Shown here piece by piece: positions 1-12,879 of a stretch of 64,000 bases of DNA (positions are counted from its first letter, which is position 1; each line of letters starts with the position of its first letter). Made by a program: the position numbers and the translations under genes. A model generated the notes under the pieces. It ran no database searches and had not been told where the DNA came from. It saw only the letters and a program-made list of their open reading frames with translations. This DNA comes from Vairimorpha necatrix (taxonomy: Eukaryota), in assembly GCA_036630325.1 (NCBI GenBank), contig CP142730.1, positions 186,001-250,000 on the forward strand, read 5' to 3'.

Positions 1-1226
1 TCTTAATTTTGTAATTCCTATGTGATAGAGCCCTTTAATTTCTTATTAGAGCTTGAAAAATACAATATAATTTTTTTCTCCAGTGTAAGGTTAGTAAAAC
101 TAATTTCTTCAATATCATGCATTTATTTCATTTAATTATGTCTCCTAATACTTATAAAATATGATGATATAGCAATGGGCCAAATAGACTCTTACAATAT
201 TTCTATTATTATCTATGAAGCACGTTGGTGAATTATACTTAACTAACGGACCCTTGTAAAATAATTACAGATGAGTGCAATGTGACGTAAAAATGAAGCA
301 CTAAAGAAAAATTAGTTATATTGAAAACAATAGGCAGGAGAAATTGTGTGGATAATATCGATATTTAAATGATTTTAAAATGAGGCTTGGATGTTTTAAG
401 GAAATGCAATATTTGAAGGTCTACATGAACAGTTACAAAAAATAATTATTGGTGCCATTACTAAAAGCTTCTTTGTAGTTAGCTGCTATTTCTTGGACGT
501 ACAAGAAAATAAATGAAAGACATTATGTACGATATGAGTATTTGTTTGGAAAAAAAAACATATTTTTTGGGCTATAACTACATCTAACGTTCCACAAGAA
601 TATCACATAAATATATGATGATCTAAAATATCACGGAAAATAGTTTTCTTGAGTCTTAAATTATGAAGATTTTGTTTTAAATAAAAGAAATTCAATTATT
701 CTAATTTATAAATAAATTGGAAATTGATTTTAAACATTAATGGGGGAAAATATGATTATTCAAAGCCATAAACTGGATAAAATTTTGAAAATCTAATACA
801 GAAAAAAAGCAACTTTCATAAATTCGCATAAATAAAACGAATATTATAAGAATAGTTCTAAAGTTTTTTAGGGAAAAACGACGCATATAGAGAAAATTTG
901 ATACACATGAGAAGTTGGAAAAAGAAGTCATATATTCATATGAACTGGTTCAGATTTCATTTGTATTATACACTGCATCGTAGTGTAACCCCATGCTTTT
1001 ACTGTGTCATGAACATTGATATCCAGACTCTGACACATTCATAATTTCTGATATTTTTTTTCTTTTTATACTTTTTAAATTCATGGAACGTTCATTAAAC
1101 AACAAAGTCCTCGAAAAAAAACCAACCAACAAAATTTCTAATTGTACTTGTAAAACTACATTACATAAAAATAATAAAAATAAAAATGTTTACTGTAAAA
1201 AAGGCGAAATTGTAAAAAAAAATTAA

Positions 1227-3742
1227 CCTTTCTTTGCATGGTGATGGAAATTTTTATCATAATATTTAGTCAACAAAAAAAGGTACTTAAAACCTTTGTA
1301 CTGTAAATTTGTTGTTTCTGGCAACATTTTAGGCGACTATTGCATACAACAAAACGCATTTGTCGAAAAAAACAAACGTCACTGTCAATTACCAGGCCTA
1401 GAACTTGTCATTCCGCTGTTTGTTGTGACTGGAAAAAAGGAGCCTGATTTATGTTTGTTTTATGGAAATAAACGGATATATAAAATACAGTAAAAGTGGA
1501 AATAAGGTTTGTTTTCATGTTTTTGTTGTTTTATGTACAATTTATATCAAAACACTGTGAATAAATTTCTCAAAACTATGTGATGGAAATTTACATCTCT
1601 ATGCAGTAATTTCACTTGTAATGTATGGCAAAGATTTTTTGTAAATGTTTATTTTGTGTTGTTTTTTTGGGGAAACTTGAATGAAAGAGATATTGAAGAT
1701 TATCTTAATAAGTTACAAGGCGGTTGGCTCTCAGAAGATGACCTCGATGACCAAGATTCCGATGATGAAAACCGCGATACTGTTGAAGTTATAAGAATGT
1801 TGAAGGAGGAGAACGACGACGATGATGATGATGGGGATGATGTGGATGAAACTTGTGACATTGATCCTCCTCTTGTAGAAACAGAAGATCAAGAACCCTC
1901 TCACCCATCAACTTCATCCAATTTGCAGTCTTCATCCAGTTTTCTATTTGACAAAAGAAGCTTGATTTGGAAAAAAAGGAATCTTGTGTATGACGAAGAT
2001 AAAATTACTTTCTTGGGGAGTTCTACTGCTTCAGGTGGTCTATCACGCCTAGAAACTCTATATCAATGTTTTAACTATTTTATCACTGAAGATTTTTCAA
2101 AACATTAGTAGCGGAGACAAATTTATACATAATACAGAGTAATCCCAGTTCATCTATAACAGTTACAGAATGTGATTTGTATAAGTTCTTAGGTTTATTA
2201 TTGTACATGTCAGTAATCAAATTTCCTAGCACAAGATCATACTGGTCGCCAAAGTTTGGATATGAGCCGATTTCTTCAACAATGCCACTGAACAAGTTTG
2301 AGAAAATAAAGTTATCGTTACATTTTAATAACAATGATCTTCACAAACCTATAGGTCATCCAGAACATGACAGGCTTTATAAAATCCGCCCTGTTATCAA
2401 GCATCTCAATGAAAGGTTTGCCACAGTGCCAATGGATCAAAGACTTTCTGTGGATGAACAGATGTATTCTACGAAAATGAGGCATTTTTTAAAACAATAT
2501 CTGCCTAATAAGCCACATAAATGGGGCTTCAAATTATATGTTCTCTGTGATTTGAAGAGATATGCCCACAAGTTCGAGGTATATTCTGGACAAGAGAATA
2601 CAGAAAAGCTCACAGATGAACCAGATCTTGGTGCAACAGGAAATGTTGTAGTTCGTTTACTTCGAGGAGTGCCAAGAAAGCAAAACCATATCATATACTT
2701 TGATAATTTTTATACATCTTTGACATTGGTAGTTTTTTTAGCTAAATCAGGCATTTACACAGTGGGAACTGTGCAACAAAACAGGATTTCCAATAATAAA
2801 CTTCCCGAGAAGAAAAACTTCATGAAAAAATCTGTGCCCAATGTGGTTTTGAGGAAAGAGTGTCTGTGCATGATGGTATAGCTTTGAGTTGTGTGGCTTG
2901 GAAAGATAATAAAATAGTAACCCTGCTATCTTCTTATGCTGGGGCATTGCCTGTAACTAAAGTCAATAGATATGACAGGCCAATAAAAAGAAAAATTGAT
3001 ATTACTTGCCCGTTTATTATCCAAGAGTACAATAAACATATGGGAGGAGCAGATCTTATAGATAGCTTTTTGGGCAGAAATCATATAACAATAAGGTCTA
3101 AAAAGTGGTACTTACGTATATTTTATCATTTATTTGATCTAGCTATTATAAACTCTTGGATTATATATAAAAAAAATGCTCAAGAAAGAGGTGAACCCAA
3201 AAAGAGTCTACTTACAATGGGCCAATTCAGAAATGAATTGGCTTTTGTGCTATGCAACAGAGGACCCACCAAAGACGCTAAAAGAGGTCGTCCCAGTACC
3301 ATTTTACTAGAAGAGAAATTACTAACAAAAAAAAGAAAAGGTTCTCCAGCACCACCACCTCCAAAAGACATAAGAAAAGATGGTGCTGAACATTGGCCAA
3401 CAGTAGGTGGTCACTCCGGTGCAAATTTCCCAACTGTAAAGGCTATTCCACAATTTCGTGTAGTAAATGTGGCGTCAATTTGTGCCTAAAAAAAATAATA
3501 ATTGTTTTTTAAATTATCATAAAGAATAAAGGAGATTGAGTAAACAATATTTTTTTATTTATTTAGTACTGCTAAATATGTGACAATGCATGATGATGTA
3601 AATTTCCATCATATTGTTTTTTACATATTACATATTTTTATTTATATAAGGATTTTTTTTAATATTTTTCCTTCAATCTAAAACATTAATTACATAGCCC
3701 TGATTTATTTTAAAAAAATAGCAAAAATCATGCAAAGAAGGG
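1227..3742 (+). mobile_element. piggyBac DNA transposon
   Basis: TTAA on both sides (1223-1226, 3743-3746). TIRs CC(C/T)TTCTTTGCATG / CATGCAAAGAAGGG. Internal inverted repeat GATGGAAATTTACATC (~1583) / GATGTAAATTTCCATC (~3595). Confidence 0.93.
1656..3529 (+). pseudogene. piggyBac transposase (PGBD-like), disrupted by a stop and frameshifts
   Basis: Acidic N-terminus. Motifs [29 protein letters not shown] and YNKHMGGADLID lie across ORFs 1656-2108, 2177-2881 and 2860-3489. A Cys-rich C-terminus RCKFPNCKGYSTISCSKCGVNLC...CFLNYH in a shifted frame ends at TAA 3529. Confidence 0.92.
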
Positions 3743-3749
3743 TTAAAAT

Positions 3750-4480
3750 ATTTATGTAAAAAAGACACAATCAACTGAGGAAGAAAAGCCCAAAGAAGGT
3801 AAAAACTCCACCTAAATGGAAAAATCATTAGTAATTGCCTTATATGCCAGAATACCTTAACGGCCTCGCCTGTAGTGTAAAAACTTATTCCAGTGAACTG
3901 TAGAATCCTAAAAATAAAATAACAATTAAAGTGTAAAAAGACTATTAAAAAGCGAAGAACCCCCACTAAGACATTGAAAATTTATGTTTTTCTTTGCTTG
4001 TAAGAGGTAGATATAACTTCACCCAGAGACCAGAATTATTTGGGAGTGGCTCTTTCAAAGCGGCGATGTTTGATTCTTGCTCGCGAAACATCCCTTATAC
4101 ATGTCGGTGTAGAAATCTCCGCCGTAACCATTAGACTTGGCTCAAAAAGAACTTTTCATTTAGATCTCAAATCGCGTCTAAAATGACCCTACCGAGGGAA
4201 ACTTAAAGGAAATCATTTTAATATCTTGAATGAAGACACTGTCGTACAAGCTCAAGGTGTCTAAAATCATCTGCATCCACATACGCCTCCTATACCCCGC
4301 CACATCACCAGCCCAGCATTTTATTGGGCAGCGTTGGCCGTTAGTCTTTATTACTTTCTGTCGTGTGTTACAGAATACGATAGAACGGGGCTCGTGGGTA
4401 GACTTTTGCTCCATTTTAAATCTGCAGGTTGGCTTTTGAAACAAAACCCAGTTGACTTTGTAGTCCCAACTAGACCATTT
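3750..4480 (-). repeat. Two diverged copies of the LINE/SIDE 3' terminal block (~3750-3885 and ~3915-4480)
   Basis: Plus-strand TACCTTAACGGCCTCGCCTGTAG, AAAACTCCACC and GTAAAAAGAC match the repeats at 6213-6530 and 12880-13200. The upstream part is GC-richer and hairpin-rich. Confidence 0.6.
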
Positions 4481-4674
4481 ATTGCTGATATTTATTTTTA
4501 TTGATACATTATCACAAGCGTGATGTGGTTTTCGTCCATAAAATGCGTTTCAACACATGATTCCTATCTTTTTATGGCTATACGCATTTAATTTCATTAG
4601 AAAAATTAATTTTGTCATGTACATTTTCAGAATTTTAACTGTTCCAACTGCCTTATCAAAAGTAAAACTCCTTT

Positions 4675-4743
4675 AAAGCCACATGTATTCGAACCTAACA
4701 CGTCAATAGCGAGCTTCGCCTCTGACCACTAGGCTAAAGCTCT
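4675..4743 (-). pseudogene. tRNA-like sequence (tRNA pseudogene or SINE head)
   Basis: Minus strand AGAGCTT-TA-GCC-TAGTGGTCAGA-GGC...GGTTCGAAT...TGGCTTT shows an A-box, D-stem, B-box and imperfect acceptor stem. The anticodon arm is shortened and the T-stem is broken. Confidence 0.5.
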
Positions 4744-4986
4744 TTTAAAAATAAAATACTATGTTGCTTCTTATAATTGTATTTCGTTCAATCTTTCACT
4801 TTATGTTATACACTTTAGACAACAAATAACATCTGTTGTTTATTAAAATGCTCTGTATATACCTGTGTTATTTAATTAATGTTTAGTTTAATAGACATAT
4901 ACACATATGCGTGCATTTTTTATAAATTCAAAATATGAGATTAAAAAGTGTTTTTTTGAAAACTAAAATATATATATATATGTATC

Positions 4987-5229
4987 TGTGGTATTATTTA
5001 CCACATTACTTTATTTTTTATTCCCTTTAAATAATCTTTTTCTAGAAAATATTTATTATAAATATTTTCCTTTTATTTTACCCTAAGGTCGATCAACATG
5101 AGAAGGACAAGAGAACACTCTTTAATAAATATACAATATTACTATTATAATATTCATAAACATATTGCAGGGAGGAGCACCATCGAGTGCTATTTACAAA
5201 CAGGCCGCCTCCCTGGTGCTAACACCACA
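4987..5229. mobile_element. Solo LTR (related to the LTRs at 46460/48206)
   Basis: TGTGGTATTATTTACCACA...CACCACA with 5-bp TSD GTATC (4982-4986, 5230-5234). Confidence 0.85.
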
Positions 5230-5972
5230 GTATCCCAGTATTTTGTTTATTTATTATATGTAAAAAGATAAGTTAGTTTTGCGCAATTATTTCATAAACA
5301 AAAATTTCTGTTAATTCAATAAAATATTTGCTAAACAAAATCAAGACCAATAATCCAAAATGGATGACAATACTTATGTTAAAATTGTGAACAATGTTAG
5401 TGTTATACGTACAAAATGTTTTATCGTATAGAATTACAATACACATAGCTTAATTGGAGAGGGTGCTTCCTCTAATATTCTAGATAGAAATTTATATTCT
5501 ATCTGTTTATTATACATATAAATACATTCCCTGCTCATGATAATCAATAACTGTATATAATAATTGCAAAATGAATGATTAAAATTGACCATTGAATTCA
5601 GATTATGCAGAAAAAATATTCGTGTAAAAAGTTTTATTTTTAGCACATATAAAATTTCCTATCATCGTTTTACGACATTAAATAAAATTGGGTTTATTTT
5701 AAAAAAAAATGATAAAAGACAATAGCAAAAAAAAATTGTTTTTAAACTAGATAACATAAGCAACTAATTTGTTTTATCATTTATTTACATAATTTTAATG
5801 AATTTTTTTGATGTGTAGATTTAAAAATAGAATTATAAAAAAACCTATTCTAGATATTTTATTAATTTATAGAAATAATATTCCACCTGTAAATTAGATC
5901 TTTAAAATTTTAAGTCCGCCCTTCTTTAGAATCGTATTTTGGTTTTTTGGTTTGACCGAGGCTGTTCTAATC

Positions 5973-6212
5973 TAATAAAAAAAATAAATAAAATTGTTTA
6001 TGTAAAAAGACAGAATCAGCAAAACGAAGAAAGGCCACCAATAAAGAAAACCATATATAATTGCGTTTACACGCTAGCATGCCTTGACGGCCTCGCTTGT
6101 AGGAGAAAAATTGTCTCCATAAGTAACAGATCTTTAGTCATTTTCGACTACATATTTCGCGGACCTGACGAAAACACAACGCCTGGTTCAATACACCATT
6201 CAATTACACGAC
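5973..6212 (-). repeat. 5'-truncated copy of the LINE/SIDE terminal block
   Basis: Shares GACTACATATTTCGCGGACCTGACGAAAACACAAC and GACAGAATCAGCAAAACGAAGAAA with 12880-13140 and ends in a T-rich tail on the minus strand. Confidence 0.85.
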
Positions 6213-6739
6213 AAAAAAAATAAAATTAAAATTGTTTATTGTAAAAAGACAGAATCAGCAAAACGAAGAAAAGCCACTAAGCCACCAAAAACTCCACCAA
6301 TAAGAAAAACATCAATAATCGCGTTTACACGCCAGCATACCTTAACGGCCTCGCTTGTAGGAGAAAAGTTTGTCCGCATAGGATACATCCTTAGTCATAA
6401 TATGACTAGAGACCCACTTTCATGGGTCTGATGAAAAACGAAAACACCTGGCTCAATACACCATTTAAGAACACGACTCAGTTCAGCTGAACAATACAGC
6501 ATCAATATCATGCCCGGCCTCTTCCAGGACAAATATATTCATTATATAAGTCTTCTTGTTAATAAATCAACGTCTCTTTCTTCTATTTCTAGATCTACAT
6601 TTTTTATAATTTCTATATTAATTATCTTGTTTTGTTATCTCTTTATGTTTGTTACTAAATATAATTCTTCTAGAGACAACCATTCTATCTAAGAACTCTA
6701 TAGTGCAACAAAGTTCTTTTATCTTATCTAGGTTATTTT

Positions 6740-9700
6740 TTAGTCCAATTTAAAACTAAGGAGTTGTTTGGTTTTTTCTCGGATATTTGTTTTTGAACAA
6801 GTCAGTAGGGGCAGTTTATTTTCAAAGGATGTTCTAATGTCAGTTAAACAGACGCACTCTAACAGAAAATGTTCTAAATTTTCTTGTGGTCCATCACACA
6901 GAAAGCATTTATTTCTATAACTCATAGATATTCTTTTTGAATTGGCTATTGCTGAGGACCACTTTACTAGATTACATCTCAATCTAGCATATGTTCTAAT
7001 TTTCCTATTATTTATTTTGTTCATGACATATTTTATTTGTGAATTTCTTATGTCATATTGGTTTGCTATTGATGCAGCTAAAGAACCATTTAGAGTTCTT
7101 CGACTTCTTAGTACATCAATTATTTTTGTATTGATAAATCCACTATCATTTGATTCATAATCGTTGCCGACAAATCGTTTTAACCATCTTTGTGTTCTTG
7201 ACAACAAGTAGTTTTTTTTTCTTTCGGATGGATTGAGATTATATCCGATATGATTTTCTTATTGTGTTTCCACTTGTTGTATGCTCTAAATCTACTTAAA
7301 GCTGCTTGTATATGAATTCGTTCGATACTGAACTCGTCCATTACTCTATCTTGTGGAACTAATACTCTTTTAAATATCATTCTGATAGATTTTCTTAAGA
7401 TCCTGTTAATCTTACCTGCTCTTGTACTTGACATTCCCCACAATTCACTGCCATACATTAGTGTGGGTACTAGTACACATTTTATTAAGATCGCCTTGAA
7501 GTAGAGGTTGATGCTATTATTCATCAACTTAGGCATCAAGGCGTCTAAGGCTTTCTTGCCACGCATTGCTGCGTCTTTGACCAAGTGTTCTTCTAGCGTG
7601 TTTCTTTTAATTAAGACACCTAGATATCTGTATTCAGTGACTTCCTCAATCACACCAAAGTCTGTACTGAGAGAATACAAACTTCGGAATTCTTATATGT
7701 TAGAATGAGCAGCCCATTCTAATACTCCGCTTTTTGAGCAGTTAATCTTCATTCTGTTATTAACTGCCCAATTAGAAATTCTATTGATCTTATTATTAAG
7801 ATCATCAATGTTGTTTCCGAAGACAACAATATCATCTGCGAACATCAGTCCCGGAACTCTCGTATTTGACCTTGGGATCAAAACTCCATCTATGCCGTCA
7901 AAAATGTCATTGATGAATATATTGAACAGCATTGGAGAACAAGGGCACCCTTGTCTCACTCCTTTTCTGTAGCTATAGCCACTTGACGTGTCACCACCAA
8001 TTTTCACACGCATGGTGGTATATTTATAAATATCCTTTATTGAAATGATTAAATACAATGGGATATTATGTTTTGCAAGCTTTTCAAAAAATAAGTCGTG
8101 ACTTACATTATCATAAGCTTTTTCAAAGTCAATGAAACACATTATTGTGTTCAAGCCTCTGAATTCACTTCTTCTCACTATTTCTAGATGAGATGTAATC
8201 TGATTCATACATTTTTCACCTGCTTGGTATCTAGAGAGTATATCTTGTTCTTCGACAAATTGAGTTAACCTGTCATTTATTATCTTGAGATAGATCTTAC
8301 TAATTGTGTTAATTAAGGATATTCCCCTATAGTTATTTAGATCTGTCTCATCTCCTTTTTTGTGGAGGCAAATCATGTTTGCCATGCTCCAGTATTCAGG
8401 AGGACTATTTCCACAAATATATTTATTAAATTCATGTAGCATGAATTTAAAGAATTTATCTTCTACTGCTCTAGTCAGTAAGTGTTTGTATAGCTCGGTT
8501 GGAATCTCATCAGGACCGGCTGCTTTGTTATTTCCACATTTCTTCAGTGCGGATAGAAATTCTTCATCTGTTATCTCTGGGGGAAGATCAACAAGATCTA
8601 CTTTATCATAGACATTGACATCTATATCATTCTCTGACGCCAAATCAGCGTAAAATTTATTCGCTATTTCTAGCTTCTTTGCTCGGCAAGTCTGAAGAAT
8701 CTTATTGTGGTCAATTAGAGCCACTTGATCCAAACGAATGGAAACACTTCTATTTTTCAGCCATTGCCAGAATTCTCGGGATCTGTTACTTTTAAAGAGC
8801 TTTATTCCTCTTAAAGCCCAAAGTTTCGATCTATCTTTGCGAATCAACTTTTTAGTTTCGTCTACTCTCTTTTTGAGATATTCGAATCTAATTGAGTTGA
8901 TTTCATTATAATTTTTCATAACAGCTCTTGCTGCTAGACGTTTTTCTGTGAAGACTTTTAAATATCTCCATCTCATTGTAGGTCCAGTATGGACTCCTCT
9001 CTTTTTGTAAATCTTCAAAGATGTACAAACTTTTTGAATAATCTCAGGAAGATTATTCATGTTTAATTGTTGATTACACAACTTCTTTTTAAGCTTTTTA
9101 ATCACTTTTGGATTTTCCAGCATTTTCTTATCATAAACTAGTTGATCTGAGATCTTATCAACGGCAAGTTTAATTTTTCTTTTGAGCACTAAGTGATCAC
9201 TTAATACCCAAGACTTGGATATAATGATCTTCTCATTATCATTACTTTTTAGTCGAAAGATGGTATCAATTCTCCTCTTAGATCTTTTACCATCTTTGAG
9301 GATCCTTGTACCATCGTTGCTGTTATATTTTATTGTAACTGGCAAACCAACTACATTTAATTTTTTCTTGAGACTAGAACTCTGCATATTCATATCTCCC
9401 ATCACTATGATCTCACTATAGTTATTTCTGAAATTCTCTTTTTCTAAAAGAGAAAGTAATCTGGCCAAGGTCTCCCTCTTGAGATCCTTGTCTTGTGGTA
9501 TGTAGACATTTAAGACTAAATACTTAATCCATTTGCCTGCGGAACTAAACTCAACTACAGTTTGCAGAATGTTTGAGTCGGTTCCTTTTTTGGAACATCT
9601 GATCGCTCCATTATTTCTAATCAGAGTTATTAATCCTGGTTTATTTTTTCCACCACTAGGTGTTTCAACTGCAGTGTATTTTTCAAGTTTCAAAGGTCTT

Positions 9701-10296
9701 GTAGATTGTCTCCAAGTTTCCTGTAAACACATAATTTCTGGTTCCTCCTTCTTAAGAAGAAACTCAAGTTCTTCTCTCTTATTAGAGAGATGATTAATGT
9801 TTAGACTTAAGAGTTTTATGTTCTCTTTGGTCTTTTTATTTACTTTACTAGATTTCTCTAGTTCTTTTCTATTATCATTTAAAACTTTAAAGCCTTTAGC
9901 TTTAACTGTCTTAATCAATAAATTTGCGTATAGTTTTTCAACTATTATTTTTGTAAAAGACGTGTCTCTTCGTCTATACTTTCTTACTGTAATGATGGAA
10001 TTCTCCAAAAGAGAGTTCTTCTTACATAAGTCTTTGAGGAGATCTTTCACTCCAAAAGGAATTCTTTGTATCTTGACAATACAATATTGTTCTTGTACTT
10101 TCGTCCAGCACATATTCTTTCTAATAGAAAAATATTTGAGACTATTCAGTCTCCTTGGTGTTTTGAAAGTATTTTTTATTTTATTATATCCAATTGGATT
10201 ATGAGTTTTTTTTATTAGAGATTTAAAAATATCACTTTTGTTATAGAAAAATAATTTCCTATAAAAACAGAACTTTAACAAGGATACTTTATTCAT
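6740..10296 (-). pseudogene. LINE ORF2: AP endonuclease + reverse transcriptase + CCHC zinc finger, frameshifted at ~7690 and ~7200
   Basis: APE motifs: LLSLNINHL, MCLQET, MGDMN, RIDTIF, SDH. RT motifs: KAAGPDEIP, YRGISL, FIDFEKAYD, GVRQGCPCSP, FADD, YRYLGV. C-terminal CFLCDGPQENLEHFLLEC. Confidence 0.93.
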
Positions 10297-10783
10297 TATT
10301 AAAGTCCTTAGATTCTAGGGCAGGCTCACCCATCATATTTTCTAAATAAATGAAATATCCATGGTTTGACTTTTCTTTATTTAATTCTTTAGTTATGTAC
10401 CTACATGCTTTCACAAGTGGTACAAATTTTTTATGTGTTCCGGAGAGTCTTTGTAGTTCTCCTAGAACAGTTGTTTTTGTTAAAGACAAAAAGTCGATGA
10501 AGAAATTAACTTCCTCACAGATATTTGAACCTACGAACTTTTCTTTAATTTTGCCTAGTACCTTAGGGCACACGTTTTCTCTAATCATCAAAAGTACTAC
10601 TTCCGAATCTTTAAATTGTTTTATAAGTGGGACTAGCGTATGCTTTCCCGTTTTAAAAACGGGATCTAAATGTTTTGTTTGATAATATGTCCCGCCTAGG
10701 TGAATTTTGGTGAGTTCCCATTTTAGGACGATTGAATTTAATAGGATGAAGACATCGTTTTCAAAAATACTTTTTAGTTTCAT
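10289..10783 (-). CDS. Hypothetical 164-aa ORF inside the LINE, overlapping the ORF2 start
   Basis: Uninterrupted ATG-started ORF whose stop overlaps the ORF2 ATG (ATGAATAA). No recognisable motif. Confidence 0.5.
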   Translation of the reverse strand: MKLKSIFENDVFILLNSIVLKWELTKIHLGGTYYQTKHLDPVFKTGKHTLVPLIKQFKDSEVVLLMIRENVCPKVLGKIKEKFVGSNICEEVNFFIDFLSLTKTTVLGELQRLSGTHKKFVPLVKACRYITKELNKEKSNHGYFIYLENMMGEPALESKDFNNE

Positions 10784-11102
10784 AGAAGGAGTAAAGTTAA
10801 GTTAAAAACACTTATGAGTCTCATTGAAATAATTCTGGGAATTTCTAAGCTCAATTTTTTTACTTATATTCAACTTTTTCTTTATTTAATATTATTGTGA
10901 ATTTTTTCTAGAAGGGTTAAATAAATTCTAAAAAACGATTCTGAAGATATTTTGGAACTGAGTTTTTTAAAAATAATAAATAGAATAAAAATGCATTAAT
11001 ATTTAGTATACGCACTTACAATTATCAAATTTAAGCATTGAGTTTAAATTTAATATTACAGTAACATAATAAGCTGTAATAAGAAGTTTAAAGTTTACAA
11101 AA

Positions 11103-12481
11103 TCATAAAAAAGAGGGGTAAAAAATTAAATAAAATTCTTTTATATATATGATATCTTTATTTTCCACATCCGTTAGGGCTGCCCATGCGTCTCTAGATT
11201 GAGGTTTCCCTTGTAATCCGAGTCCAGAAGCAAGAGCTAGCCTAAACTTACATTTGGAAATAATTCTACCATCCTTTATAATTTTCATAAGAGCTTCTTC
11301 AGTTAGCTCTTTGGCCCAGTTTTTCACTGGAAAAACTGGACTTCTTTTTTGTTGACATTTCTCATTTTTTCTATTCTTCATTTTTTGAGTAAAATTTATT
11401 TTATGATTTTGTAATCTTTCTTTTTTATAGTCTTTAGTAGATATTTTGTTTTTCTCATGTAAAGCTGCATGAATAGAATTTTTGGGCACTTTTGCATTGC
11501 CACCGGATTCTACTTTAAGTGATTTAAATCTATTAAAGTTGGATTTATACGTGGTTTTACCACTTCTGTTTTTCTTCAAGTCTATCTGGACTTTAGGCTT
11601 GAATGTGTGTTTGACAGATGTCCATCCGTCTTCGTTTATATGGTAAAGTTTGACTTCATTCTTAGGAGCTTTTATTTTACCAGCTATAATAGCAGAGATA
11701 GTTTACAGATGTCTAACTACTGCTTTTTTGTTAATGGAGGCTATATCTAGCTTACCATCTTGTGTTTTACTATTCTTGTTAATCATGATATTTGTAGATG
11801 CCTTTGATACATCTATACATTTTCTTTTGCCATCTTCTGACAATTTATCTTCTTCTTTTGCTTTGACAGCGGCCCCGAGATTTTTGACATTAATTAAAAC
11901 ATCTTCATTGGTGATTTCTAATCTAGAAATATCATTGTTTCCAGTAGCTAACTGAAGGGTTTCGCTACTGGTGTCAATTGGAACATCAGAGTTATTATCC
12001 TTTTGTTCTACACATTCTTTTGAGTGATTCTCTATCATTATCTCAATTTTATTTTTTGTTGATTCAGTAATTTGATCAATGTCATTCATCAGATTATTTT
12101 TAATCAAATTTTTTAATTTGATATTTTGTTTTTCTAGCTTGTCATGGAAGAGCTCCAGATATGTCTGCTGAATCAGTAATAATTCAGTAGTGCTAGATAT
12201 GTATCTTTTAAGATCACTAAGATCTTTATTGTTTTCTTTTTTTGATGTTTCAAAAAAATCATTTTTATTAATTCTTCCCGAGAGAATTTTGATTTTCTTG
12301 AGAAAATATTTCATTTCTCCATCATTTTTTAAATAACACTTGGGAAACTTTTAATAGCATAAACATGCTTAGTTTGTTGTTTTAAATACATTTCTTTATC
12401 TAAATCGTTGTTTTGACCACCAAAGTGGTCACTTTTTGCTCTACTGAGCTCGCTCCTGCTTTCTCTTGCTTTGCCCTTCAT
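11103..12481 (-). pseudogene. Putative LINE ORF1 (Lys/Asn-rich, coiled-coil-like), disrupted
   Basis: Consecutive minus-strand ORF pieces (MKGKARES... from ~12481, then 11703-12314 and 11103-11579) start where the 5' UTR repeat homology ends. Confidence 0.55.
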
Positions 12482-12879
12482 ACCAAAAACTCCACCAACC
12501 AGAAAAACATCAATAATTGCGTTTAAACGCCAGCTTACCTTGACGGCCTTGCTTGTAGGAGAAAACTTTGTTCCCGTAAGGAACAGGTCCTTAGTCATCT
12601 CTGACTACATATTTCGCGGACCTGACGAAAACACAACTCCTGGTTCAATACACCATTTAAGAACACAACTCAGTTCAGCGGAACAATACAGCTTCAGGAT
12701 CATGCCCAATTTCTCCCAGGTTAAAAATATGAAGAATTACTCGAAAGTTAACGGTGTCCTTCTCACCAGCAATGGGTCTCCCACCCCTAGAGTATAGCTG
12801 ACCCTACTTACCAACCAGCAGCAAAAGGTTGGTAAGACTTAGAGATCTGCACCTAGTTAAAAAACATCAGTCCCACCCT

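Noticed and set aside
1-1220. Possible decayed coding sequence at the window start
   Set aside because: Many stops and no recognisable motif.
6405-6450. Hammerhead-like CTGATGA-AAAAC-GAAA after the hairpin GACCC...GGGTC
   Set aside because: No NUH triplet or stem III in the required position, it is antisense to the element, and the motif is not kept in sibling copies.
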